DNA from: Phallusia mammillata
Lineage: Eukaryota
Assembly: GCA_965637545.1 (NCBI GenBank)
Contig: OZ281496.1
Span: 29,202,001 to 29,266,000, forward strand
DNA length: 64,000 nt
Direction of reading: 5' to 3'
The notes below the pieces were generated by a model that saw nothing but the letters and a program-made list of their open reading frames with translations, was not told the DNA's origin and did no database searches. This document shows positions 10,901 through 23,096 of this stretch, piece by piece. The position numbers and the translations under genes were made by a program. Within the stretch, counting starts at the first letter, position 1. Each line of letters starts with the position of its first letter.

Positions 10901-13170
10901 TACCACATCTTTATGTACTATTTCTTTGTTTATTGTCGCTGTAATCCAGTTTAACTTGAATTTGTCTCCCTTGACATCTTCAAGAGTATGATTTTTTGCC
11001 CCATGGCTCAAAATGACACAGATAAAGCAAAGATCGCTGTGAATGACGTTTCTACACTCTGCAAATAGCAGATTATTAAGTTATTTATAAGAACCAAGCA
11101 TAAAAAAATAGACTGTTCTGCGTAAAAAATATTAAATAAGTCACGTTAAACCTGATCGCAGACGTGTAATGATGTCATCATAACCCTTGTTTTCAATCAC
11201 ACGACATTGGATGTTGAGATTGTCTGCAAGCTCCTTCAAACGTTCCACGTCTTTTTCACTCCCATGCCTATCATTTGATGCCAGGTATCTCTAATATACA
11301 TGGGAATCTTTGATTGATATGCGTTTTTAAATCTCTGCCAGCATTTCACGTTGTTTCTACTTATAACTAAAAAGTGTAAAATAGTTTTTTTTGTTAAATC
11401 TATACCTCGTTGTTAATGATAACCATAGTCCCAATTCCATCTCTCAACCAGTCGCTTTTTGAAATGCTAAAAAAACACCGCTTGGTAAAATTCTGAGTAA
11501 TTGACTTATTGTCACTCCAAACCTTTCAGATGGAAACTCTGACCAAATTTTTTCGAGTACACAGCAGGGCAACTTTTCGTTTGAATCGGTTTGTCCCCAA
11601 ATCCATCTCACAAAATTACGACGGGCAATACGGAGATAGTCACTAAATTGTAAAAAAATACGAGGTGCTTCGCTACTCTGCAAACTAAGTGTAAATTAAT
11701 GTAACTATAAATTTAGATGAGAATAAAAGAACTATTTTGAATCATTGATATCAACTACTTGGGTTCAGGCCCTTGAGATTACAGAAGTCGATAAAAGAGT
11801 AGCGGAACAAAATCGTTTGTACTGTCTTATTTGGCAATCTCGTGCATATGCAAGTTTTCTGTTGACATACTCATTTGTTAACTCTGTTTTGCGCTTTTCA
11901 TTGCCACTGCCACATGTAAAGAGATACACTTTTTTGAGGCAAAGATTCTTGAAGACGTCGTGCTGCGTAATGCATTCAAACTTCTCAAGTTGTTGTGAAA
12001 TTGCATCGACGTCATTGCAACATACAATTCGCTCGTATACGATGCACTGTCCACAAAGACATCTTCAATTTGCAATAAAATAGTTTAAGTGAACATAAAT
12101 CAATTAACAACTAATATGAAAGTTTAAGATGTTGTGACACCGACTGGCTGAGACAATAAAGAAACGCAGAAATTTAAAAAAAAATATAATTATAAAACCA
12201 TCACATGGTTCATTGTTTATTCCGGCCTCTGTGATTTACTCGTTAATCCTATAGGAACATCTGTAGTGTTGACACAATCGTGTATACCCAGTTTTCTGAT
12301 CCTTAAAAAGACCCGGGAATTACTTGTCTTTGTACAAGTTAGTATTTGATTCAAATTAAGTTCGTATATTTTCACAAACCTTCCAGGAAACGTTGAACCA
12401 ATGCTTTTTGTAACACAGGAAGGCAAATATCTGCGTTTCCCAATCCATTTTTGAAAATTGCTGTAAGCAATACGGCGATACTCGCTAAAAATGAGGATGG
12501 GTTAAAAAAGTTCAACGATAAATGACCAAACTTTTCTACTGTAGGCAGTCCCCATATATGAGTTTATTTTTGACGGAAATGTTTTAATGTCAAACTTACA
12601 TTGCTAAAGTAAACAGGATAAATGTATTTTGTTTGACTAACATTAAAAATCTTGTACCATCAACTTGAATTAGTTATATGTTTACTTACTCGTTCCCTAT
12701 CTCTTTGCTCTGACCATCGTTGTTTGTAACCTCCCTTGTCACGCTAAGAACATCTTTATTGAGACATACAGCTTTGAAATTAGTATGTTGTGTTATGCAC
12801 TCCGACCCCGATTTTGTTGAAATTTCCTCATCGTGTTTGCAGCACAACTTGTTTTTGTCATCAGTATTGCATTGCCCGCATGAGCACCTGTACAGATAAG
12901 TAATCCAATTTAACTAAATTTCCTCGCATAGTGGGAAAAAATGAGCTAATGGCAAGCTTCTTAACGAAAGCACCCATGGGCTACGGGTGTTTCAATACCA
13001 GAGCAATAATATGAATAATGACATCGAAAGAAACACAGGAAAGCTTATTACAAGGCATATACAAGTTATACTTACCAACTGGTTTGATCAAAAGTGGTTT
13101 CATCTAAAACCTGAACACATGTTGTTTGCTCGACATGCAAAGTGGATTCTACTTCCATGGAGTCACTCAT
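7925..13170 (-). CDS. Gene B: complete 17-exon ballast-ballast-caspase-pseudocaspase protein, 705 aa
   Basis: Exons 13170-13076, 12887-12690, 12484-12380, 12062-11871, 11642-11523, 11466-11406, 11290-11152, 11058-10883, 10564-10465, 10336-10242, 10182-10055, 9980-9935, 9823-9670, 9378-9179, 8965-8866, 8299-8196, 8029-7925. All GT-AG; total 2118 nt, open to TAG. Motifs: WCSCGQC..KLCC..CITQH..LPSCV; GTMVIINNE, DRHGSEKD, CVILSHG, FVQ|ACRG, GTRNRTKGTPFIDELC; second domain GLFVIVADQ, CAIRSE (no His), GQPKLFFVQ|KPP (no Cys), PWTQTQLR. Confidence 0.92.
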
Positions 13171-15500
13171 AATTAATTTAGTCTACTTAGGTGCATCACG
13201 TTCTGCAGTTTACTTACATATGTTAGCATCATAAATTAAAAATATAATACTAAACCGTGCGGCGACTTAACTTTCTTGAAATTTGAGTTGGGCCCTAATT
13301 TAGTTTTATCAATTTCGAACATGACTCTGCAAAGAAGTGAAACATTTCGTTGTAAACGCTTTGTCACTGTTGCAAATAATGTTAGGCGTTTGTAATAATC
13401 GGTACTATTTATACTTTAATCATCACGTAGGCCTTTTCTTAAGTACACCTGGTCGTGTTGCATATTTGACAATTCGAAATGGACGTTGAAGCCTTTATTT
13501 ATATGTACCAATCCACTTATAAAGGTTTCGCTTGTTTCAGCAAACACTTTGTGTTGTTACAAAGTCATGGGACTTTATTTTCTTGCGAAATTTCACCTGG
13601 TAGTGACCTTTCGAACTAAACTAGGTAACATTAACGCTGCTTCAGTCTGGAACACACCATTCACCTAGTCAGATTTTTGTTTCGGGTCATTTACATACAT
13701 GTTTTTAACAGCTCTGTCATCGGCGATAATGTTTGCATTTCGTGTGCAGGGTTTTGCTGAAGTGATTGCCGGGGCAATGCACATCGCCTACATGGCTATT
13801 TTAAGACCATTGGTCTGAAAGCTGTACTTTGCCCAAGTTTGAAAACAAGTTGGTACGTTGGTGCACTATTCACAGTTTTGAATAATCTGAGCAAAAAATA
13901 TAAGCCAGTATTTAATAACAATAGTACGTGTCGAAACGTAGTCATGTTTTACACGCTAATACTGGCTTCCAAATTTTTGGTCAAATCGGTACATGTCTAT
14001 AAGATGCAAATTTTACTATGGTACACTTTGGATTGGCAGTTTTTGGAACAAAGATATGATGGGTGTAGGAATTTTGTTTAAACAAGACAACGCAGTTAAC
14101 CTGGTTTAAACAGGTAATGGCACTTTCATACGAAAAAAAAACAGGGTCCTAGACTTGATTCGTTTGCTGCACAATGACGAAATAAACTTCGGTTGTTCTT
14201 CAATAAACTTCGGTGGTTCTTGCAACATAAAGAAACTTTCGTTGTTTGCCAATGTGTTGCAATGTCAGCATGCAGGCGGCCTTATGAACTTTGGGGTGAT
14301 GTTTGTTTCTTGTTGTTGTTGTTTTACATTTACATGCAGGTTTTTATTACCTTGGTCGACATCAGTGACATGTGACTTTCGTAATCAATGATTTAACGAA
14401 GTGTTTGCAAAGTTCGGCCGTAATGCGGGTTGCACAAAAGAAACGTATGTCAATTAATTAGAATTCTTGCAAAAATTAGAATTCTTTTAGAATTCTATGA
14501 AATTTGCGATCTCTTTTTTCAAGACTGCCGATTTTGATGCAGCTTTTCTATCGCCCTAAATTTTAGATTAGGTTTATTCATGGTTTGCGCGTAAAAATAA
14601 TACTCACTTGTTTACAGAAAAAGATTTGTGATTGCCTTCTCGGAATATGGTCTCAAGCAAGTATTCACTTACAGCTAAAGGTAAGCGCTATAATTAATAT
14701 TATTCACTAGAAAAAAAGTCGTTTCTCTAATAGGAAAAATCATGACCCATAAACTTTATAACAGCGGACTTTAGGTGCTTTTTAGTCGCTAAAACGGCCG
14801 TTCGACCAGCAACCGCTTTATGATCGTTTTTGCGTAACTTGATCGGTGTTGATCCAATTGTATGCGATGGGTCACATCAAATTAAAGTTAACAAACTGTA
14901 GTAGGAAATTGTTGACAGAGCTATATAAAGCTGGCAGCCAAAACGACGCTGTGGCGCTCAAGCCGATGAATATTATTTCAAAACTACGCGTATTGTTAAC
15001 TGTTTTTAGTTTGTGCGGTAAATCCGTGATTAGCGTTGAGCATTATGTCAATATCTGACTATCGTATCTATTTTGATTTTTAAATATTGGTATTGTTGAA
15101 TGGTTTTTCCCTGGTGCTCGGTGCAGTAGTTCATGCAAACCAAATTTGTATCAACAAGAAACAAGAAAATGCTCTTGCTTGTGCCAAGACGATTACCTTA
15201 TGTAGTTCTGTATTGAACGAATCAAAAAATACACACATTTTATAAAACAAAATCAAACCACATTTACACATTCGTTGAAAATATTTTTGTTCTTCTGACC
15301 TGCTGCAGGTAACAACGAACATTCACAAATCAAATTGACATTTACAATCATTTTGTTAAACGCTTTAAGTAGTTGCTTTATAACGCGATTTACAAAATTC
15401 TAAGGAATATAAATGTATATATTGAATTTTGGTAGTAATTCATGTCTATGAGAGAAATTATTCTTGTTTAGTTCAAATTAAGCGATCTTTTTTGTTGCAT

Positions 15501-18500
15501 CTATTCTCTATACTTGGAAAACAAGACCTCACCCCTCAGTTGGGTTTGGGTCCATGGAACGGAATGGTTTCGATCTGTCATTTCTCTTCTCACTTTTGTC
15601 AGAATCTAATTATACAGAGTCAGTTAATTTTAACAATAGCGAAGCAAGATACATATTCTTCTGCAAGATAAATGTTGCATTTTAACAAAATGTCAAAGGT
15701 TGAAGTGAAATGATCACAAACCTTGAATAGATCATATTGTTCTAGGTGTTGGTCGTTCCTCACACATTGAAGCAGAGCGTCGTAAAACGCAGATATACCA
15801 GTTGCTTTCTTTTTGTCTTTAAAACCTAAACGATACAACAAACACAATCTTATAAAAGAAAACAATGTCGTTGCTGTGTATATTTGCAAAATTATTTCGT
15901 GGCTGAAAGTTTTAATTTTTGACGAACTAGCAGATTTACAAATAAGTTTTCAAACCTGCTTTCGAAAACGTAATCATTACATCGGCGTCTGGGTGTGGCA
16001 AAAAATCATCTGCGTTTGTTCCAATCGCGTCTGTCTCTACCCACGATGATTGTTTCTAAGAGAACAAACAAATTTCGTTACTATTGTTTGAATTCAATTA
16101 CAGTAGAACTAATAACCCTACCTGTACAAAGAACAACTTCGGTTGCCCTCGCAAGGCTTTTGCTGGGCTCATATTCTCGTCGCAGGCGGAATCGCTGCCG
16201 CGAAACAAAGTTGTAAGTTCCTTCAGGTCAAAAGTGTCGTTTCCACAATTCAGTTTGAACTTCCCGCTGGCGTTTTCGTCTGATATAATGGCGCAAACGA
16301 AACATGATATTGCCCCAAATTCTCTCACGTCTGGAAAATGTGCCGAAAATCCCGAAAATTAGGACCTATTTCAAACTTTTTCTGTTTTATCTATTTTCTT
16401 GGAATTAAAGTTAACATTTTGTTTTCCGTTAATTATAAATTAAACAAAAAGTTGAAAGATCAGAAGCCAAAAGTGAAGTGCACTCACAATCAACAATCTT
16501 GTTAAGCAAATGCACTTTACTCAGAGCTTCCGAGCATGGAGTTTTAATGTTGTTTTTGTCAAATCCCCACAACTTAGCCACTTGTTGAAGTGAGCGGATG
16601 TCTTCTTCAAATTTGTCCTTGAAACACATATGCGGCATGCTTTGAAAAATGCACACTGTCTATTGTGAAATTGTGTTTTCAAAACAATTACCGTGGCTGT
16701 TGTTGGCCGTAGAATACGAAGAATAGAAACAAAATATACAACAACTAACGTTATGTTACCTGCTGACCAACAATCACGAAAAGACCACCCTTTTTCATAT
16801 GTTGCCCGTAAAGCGCGGGTCTAAACAAAAAACAAACAAACAATTAACTGCTTATTTTATTTTTATGTACAACTATACGAACGGTATTGTCACATTGCTT
16901 GTTTTCAAAACGAGAGGTAGTTCTCTGGTCAAACGTGTTGTACTGGAAGCTAACATTCTGTATTCGTGCATGTTGTACTTCACGGCCGTTACAGCCTAAA
17001 GGAAAAGACCAGAAAAGATTTTTTTCCGAATTGAAACCAACGGACGGAAAGCCATAATACCTGCATGATTTCCAAACCGTGTGATTGATTAAACCTCTCG
17101 CACAACTCGGTAATAAATGGTGATCCTTTCTCAATATCACGATATCCCACGTGACCTTACAAACATACAACCGCTATTAAAGAGTATTGAACTTTTTATA
17201 CACATTTATTTAAACGAATAATATTACGATGTAATGTGGATAAAAAAGCAGAAATGTGCATACATTAAAACTAACCGTAAACTGAGCAATATGTGATCAA
17301 AAAGTTTTCTTTTGCAGGATCTTTAACATGAAATATGTCCTTGTTTTCCACCACATGCCTGTTTCCTCTACATGCCTAATAACAAGATGGCATTGGTAAC
17401 GGGTAACAGATAACGGTAACAGATAATCCCTAGAAATTCACCTGTACAAAACACAACTTCATTACGTCTTTGTATCTTATTTCTTTATGCATTGCTTTAA
17501 TGATCAAGTTTAACTTGAATTTTTTCCCTTTGATATCTAAAAGCGTATGATTTTTTCCTCCGTGGCTTAAGATGACGCATATAAAGCACAAGTCGCTCTT
17601 GATGACGTTTTTACATTCTGCGAACCACAAAATAGATTAATCATTAACAAACTCTAATTTTCTAATTTCAAAGCAAGGTCTGATGCAAATTGGAACAGCA
17701 GTTAAACACCTACATCTCAATATTTTCAGGGTAATATTTATCAAAATTAAATAGAAAACTTAGTTTGTATACCAAAACTTAAACTTGTCATGATGTCATC
17801 GTAACATTTATCCTTAATTACACGACATTGCAGATTGAGATTGTCCGCGAGTTGTTGCAAACGTTCCACATCTCTTTGACTTCCTTTTCGTTCGTCCATA
17901 TTTTCGTATGCCTAAAATAATGGGTACTTTGTACAAACACTTGATACGTGAGTTTTGCCATGTGATTTGTTGTACCAAAGTGTTTTATTGTCTTAAACCT
18001 ATTCATAACTTCCCGACTCTTAACTAAACAAATTTTGAAAGAGTTTTTATGCTTCTATTGCGTTTACCTCATTGTTAATGATAACCATGGTTCCGATTCC
18101 ATCTCTTAACCACCCACTCATCGAAATGCTATGACGAGATTATTGATAAAATAATTTGGTATTCACAAAACATCATTCACAAACCTTTCAGACTTGAACT
18201 CTAACCAAATAGCATCGAGTACACAGCAGGGCAGCTTATGGTTTGAATCAGTTCGTTCCCAAATCCACTTTACGAAATTGCGACGGGCAATACGTAGATA
18301 GTCACTAAATCATTCAAAAGTGATTAAATATGTGTCCATGTGTGGTACACACGGCTAACTGTTACATCGCCATCTTCTATTTAACTAGGTATGGGTGCAA
18401 CGCCATTTATTGGGCCGTTGGCAGAAGCTTGACTATATCGTCTACCGAGTTTTTTCTTATACTTACTCATTTTTTAGATCTGTTTTTCGTTGGTGATTGG

Positions 18501-19869
18501 TGTTGTCAGATACAAAAATAAATTCCTTATCCAGACAAAGATCTCGAAACCTATGATGCTGCGTAATACAGCTAACCTCCGAGTTGGCAAGATGACTTGA
18601 AATTGCAGTCACCGCTTTGCAACACAGCTTACGTAAGTCAAACTGGTTGCAATGACCGCAAGAGCAACTGTAATGTGCAGAAAGTAAATCAAGTAAAAAA
18701 TAAGTGAGCAATAAATGCTGGCCCTGATGCTGTGTTAAAGTTTTAACGTATATGCTACGAATGTAGACCTTGGTTTTAATGTAATTTTACAAATTTAGTG
18801 CGTATAATTTATCTCAGCTTAACAGACTAATTGGTTGTCTACACGATGTATTCTGTATACACCACTACCTTGGCACTAATGTTTATGATTAAACTAATTG
18901 GTTGTAGACACATAACTATTTTGCCACACAAGCGACATACAGCGTGTTAAATCAAACCTTTCAGGAAACTTTGACTCAATACGTTTTTCGACACAGCAAG
19001 GCAACGCTTTGTTCACATTTGTTTGTTTCCAAATCCATTTTGCGAATTGGCTGTGAGCTATGCGACGATATTCACTGCAATTTAAAAAAGGCATGAAAAT
19101 CCAGTGACATAAAATATATTAAAATTTTCCAGTTTGTTTCGTTTAATGGTATCAATCATCTTCCAAAAGCTATATATTTTGAATAAAAAGATTCGTTTTA
19201 ATTCTATATGTGGAAAATAAGTTTGCCATCATATTTTAGAAGTGATCTCCAAACATACTCATTCGTTCTCTCCGTTTTGTGTTGGTTATTGCTGCTACTC
19301 ATGCCAGATATGAAAAGAACTGCTTTGTTGAGGCACACAGGTTCGAAGTCTGCATGGTGGGTTATGCACTGAAGTCCCGATGTTGCTTTAATCTCGTTCA
19401 CGCTTTTGCAACACACCATATTTTTCTCAGAATGAACGCATGCCCCACACAAACACCTCCTGCAAGAGTAGTATTAAATTCAACTAATTAAATAAACAAG
19501 GATAATTTAGTAAATCACTACTAGAAACTTATCTAAAGCGTTATTCTCGTTTATTCAAGAAACAATTTGCAAATGAGTCCCTATTTCGGATCATGGTTAT
19601 AAGGGATCACATGGATACATAATTTGCAACAGTTTTTAGGTTTCATTTTTGTATATTACATGCCTATAAAACGATAACGCCTCACTTTGCACAGCGTAAT
19701 TTTTTTTAAATAACATCTAGAAATCTTCTTGTGTATGTTGCGAAGCCTAACAAAAAGAAACTACAAAATACCACCCAGCCCGATCGTCAGTGCTGTCATC
19801 CGAAACTTGGGCACTTCCTGTCTGTGCGACGTTCATATAAGACTCTTCTTCTTCTTCGCTGTCAGACAT
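15501..19869 (-). CDS. Gene C: complete 17-exon ballast-ballast-caspase-pseudocaspase protein, ~709 aa
   Basis: Exons 19869-19772 (or -19775), 19459-19259, 19074-18958, 18667-18467, 18304-18185, 18128-18068, 17911-17773, 17617-17442, 17375-17276, 17155-17061, 16995-16883, 16820-16760, 16617-16488, 16330-16122, 16055-15956, 15825-15722, 15605-15501. Phases match gene B; open to TAG. ERKGSQRD, CVILSHG, FVQ|ACRG, GYRDIEKGSPFI; dead domain CAIISD, FFVQ|KQS, VETDA, PWTQTQLR. Confidence 0.92.
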
Positions 19870-22800
19870 ACTCATTATAACCTACCTTTTATGCACATAA
19901 GATTGAAACTTTGCGGATCGTCCTAGAATAAATACGAGTTTAGCAAACAGGTAAAGCCGTTTTAAAATCTTTCAGTCTTCCTAACAAACTTTAGCGTACC
20001 AAAAAATCTCATTGGAATCTTGCTGGCATGTATACTCCAGTTAAAGTTTGATGTTGCGATCTTGACAGCAAAGCGAATGTCGTTTGGCGTACTTGTTTGT
20101 TGTACTGCTGCTACCTTAACTTTCTGTAAGCTACATTAAACATTGCCTTTTGTGACAACATCACGGGACATTCTCTGTCTGAAGCCTTTGTGTGAGAAGG
20201 TCGTGTATTTGGTAATGATCTTTTATGCTTTGTTTGGAATTACACCCCCTCAACCAAACGTGTTTGTTTTTAGTTCATTTACATTCACATTTCAATTGCC
20301 TCGCTCTCGGCTTATGACTTTTTGGCCTTTTGTACTTCATGCCTTTGTTTGCAGACATTACCAACAATCCACAGGTGTTTGCTTTGGAAAGTCCTCTGTG
20401 TTTTGCAAAGTGCAATGGCCTAAAAAATTAGCTAGTGCGCAAAACCCAAAAGTATCTTAATTAATTTTAAATGCTATCTTTGGGTATGAAGACTTTAGAT
20501 TTGCACACCAATTACAGTAGGTCATGCACAGGTTAATTTGAAAAGCAAATGGTTTCGTGCAGGGTTGTGCGTGATCTGTGACTTTAAGTTGGGTAATTCT
20601 TTCCGTAAATTTTGATTACTGTACCAAGTGCGTATAGGCTGTTATTCCGTTTGACTCTCTATGTCACGGACACTATTTGACAGTAAAATTTTACTCTAAA
20701 TAAGATTGCACTCTTGCTACACCCACAAAAGTACTTCGAGTACCACAGTTTTTGAACGGCGCTGCGTTGGGGTTAGTAAGCTGTATGGCCTTGCGTAGTT
20801 TGTTGACCCCTGCTCTGTTTCGCCTCAAAGGGTCGCATGCGCTGTGTGTGTTACGCACAATGATTATTTGTCGTCAACACGCTTCTACAAATATGATTTT
20901 TTATTTTCTGTTTTTGTTTTGACACGTTGCTTAGGTTTAGATGCAAGATAAACAAATTGATGGCAAAATAAACAGGAGACTTTCTGTGATATCCATTACA
21001 AATTGAAAAAAATGCACTTTACTCAGTGTTAAAAACGGCTACACGTCTACTTGTTAAATCGTAACTAAATAAAGCATAACTGACACATTTGCAATAAGCA
21101 TGGACGCCAAGAGGGGGGAAGATTTGACAAATTACATGGATAAATTACGATATTATGTAATTGTGTACATTTATAAAATTATACAGCGCACTGGCGTTGC
21201 CTAAAACTAAATAACTCGACAATGTAAAAAACACGTTATCACGAGTAGCTCTTTTGTCTGTCCGATGCCCTCTATTGCCCTAACGTGCTAGCGCCCATGA
21301 AACCTTTGGAGACTATGTATCCGAAGTTAACAAACACAACAACAGAAGTTTTCCACACAGATTATGTATATTTACAAACAATACATTAACATTTTTTTTA
21401 CTTGAAGAAATATATAGATGAAAACACAAATCACGGACCAGTTTGTAAAATAGCAAAGACACATGTCTAAAACGTTTTCTTCTTATATGATAACTAAATC
21501 AAAGCAAAACTAACATGTTTGCAAAGCACATGAACCTGTAGAGATTAAAGAGTATTTTACAAATTACGGGCATACCAACCGACTTTTTATACAGATTAGA
21601 ATTTTACAAGCCTTACAAACATCAACAAATTTTACTTGTGGATAAAAACTTATATCAAGGCAAAATAGCGAAGACTACATGTCTACAAAAACTGTTCAAT
21701 GTCAGTACAATGCATAAAATCTATCGGTTTTGGTTTTGGCCGTAGTTGATTTTTGCCTATTGTTACACCTTGTAGCAATTTAGACAGCCTTAGGCTTGTC
21801 AAAACAAACTTCTTTCCTCAGCTGGGTTTGGGTCCACGGAACCGGTTGTTCTTGATCTGCCATTCTCTTTCTCACTTGTGTTAGTATCTGTTCATGAGGA
21901 CCACAAAGACGGCGTAAAAATAGTGCAGTCGTGAAAACAGAATTTATCTTAGTTTCGTTTGTTGGAAAAGCTTTCATTATGTTTAGGAAGCGTCAAGATT
22001 ATTATGAAAGATTTTTAGATAATCAAAATTTGTACGCAAACCTTGAATAGATTGTAATAATCCGGGTGTTGGTCGTTGGTCACACAATGAAGAAGAGCGT
22101 CATAAAAAGCAGTTATCTTTTTTCCTGTCTGTTTGTCAACCAAACCTAAACGATACATAAACAAAATAGTAAAACAGTTACACAATTTTAGTCGGACAGG
22201 ACTAGGGTGCGCTAAAAACCACGGAGCAAATCGGCAAACTTATTAAAACTTTTGTTTTGCGGTTTTTTTTTACTTTACACTAAATCGCACTTTCGATTCG
22301 CATAATTGTATGAACAAACGTAACACACCTCCTTGGGAGAGGGTGATCATAACATCAGCGTCTGGGTGATGAGGTAAATAATCGTTTGCGTCTGATCCAG
22401 ACGCATCAGCCTCCACGAAAAATGGTAGTTTCTGAAGATATTTTAATTCGGTTATTTGCTTTTGTGAAGGTTATTCTGTCCCCCGCTGATATGGTTCCAA
22501 TTTTGAATTTCAGGTTAATTTGCCTTAAATATAGAAATCTTTTTGTTCAGCATTTGCGCGTATAATACTTTTGTTACAAGCTTTTTGTTGTTTTACAAGC
22601 TTTAAATGTTGTCTGGTAATATATTAGATAACAATTTTACAGCTAAGATCACCAAGACAGTTTAACCAGATGATAGATGTTTTATTATCAGACAACCAGT
22701 TATGTTATAACTACACAAAAAGACGATTATAAAATTAAGTGACATAGCTTCATACCGAATGCAGAAAAAAAACATAATCAGCTTTGACCGAGACCAGCAC

Positions 22801-23096
22801 TCGAGATTATTGCCACGGAAATAGTGTAATTTAAAAAAGATGGACTAATATACTTTTTATTGGAGTATTTTATTACCTGTACAAAGAACAACTTTGGTTT
22901 CCCTCTCAATACATCCGCTGGGCTTCCAACGTCAATAGAACCTTGCGAGTACTTGCCACGAAACAGAGTTGTAAGCTCTTTCAAGTCGAAGGTGTCGGTT
23001 TCATATTTGAGTTTAAATTGTCCCTCCGTGTTGGTCCGTTTGTGAGTGTCAGATAGAATGGCGCACACGAAACATGAAATAGCTTGAAAGTTCCTT

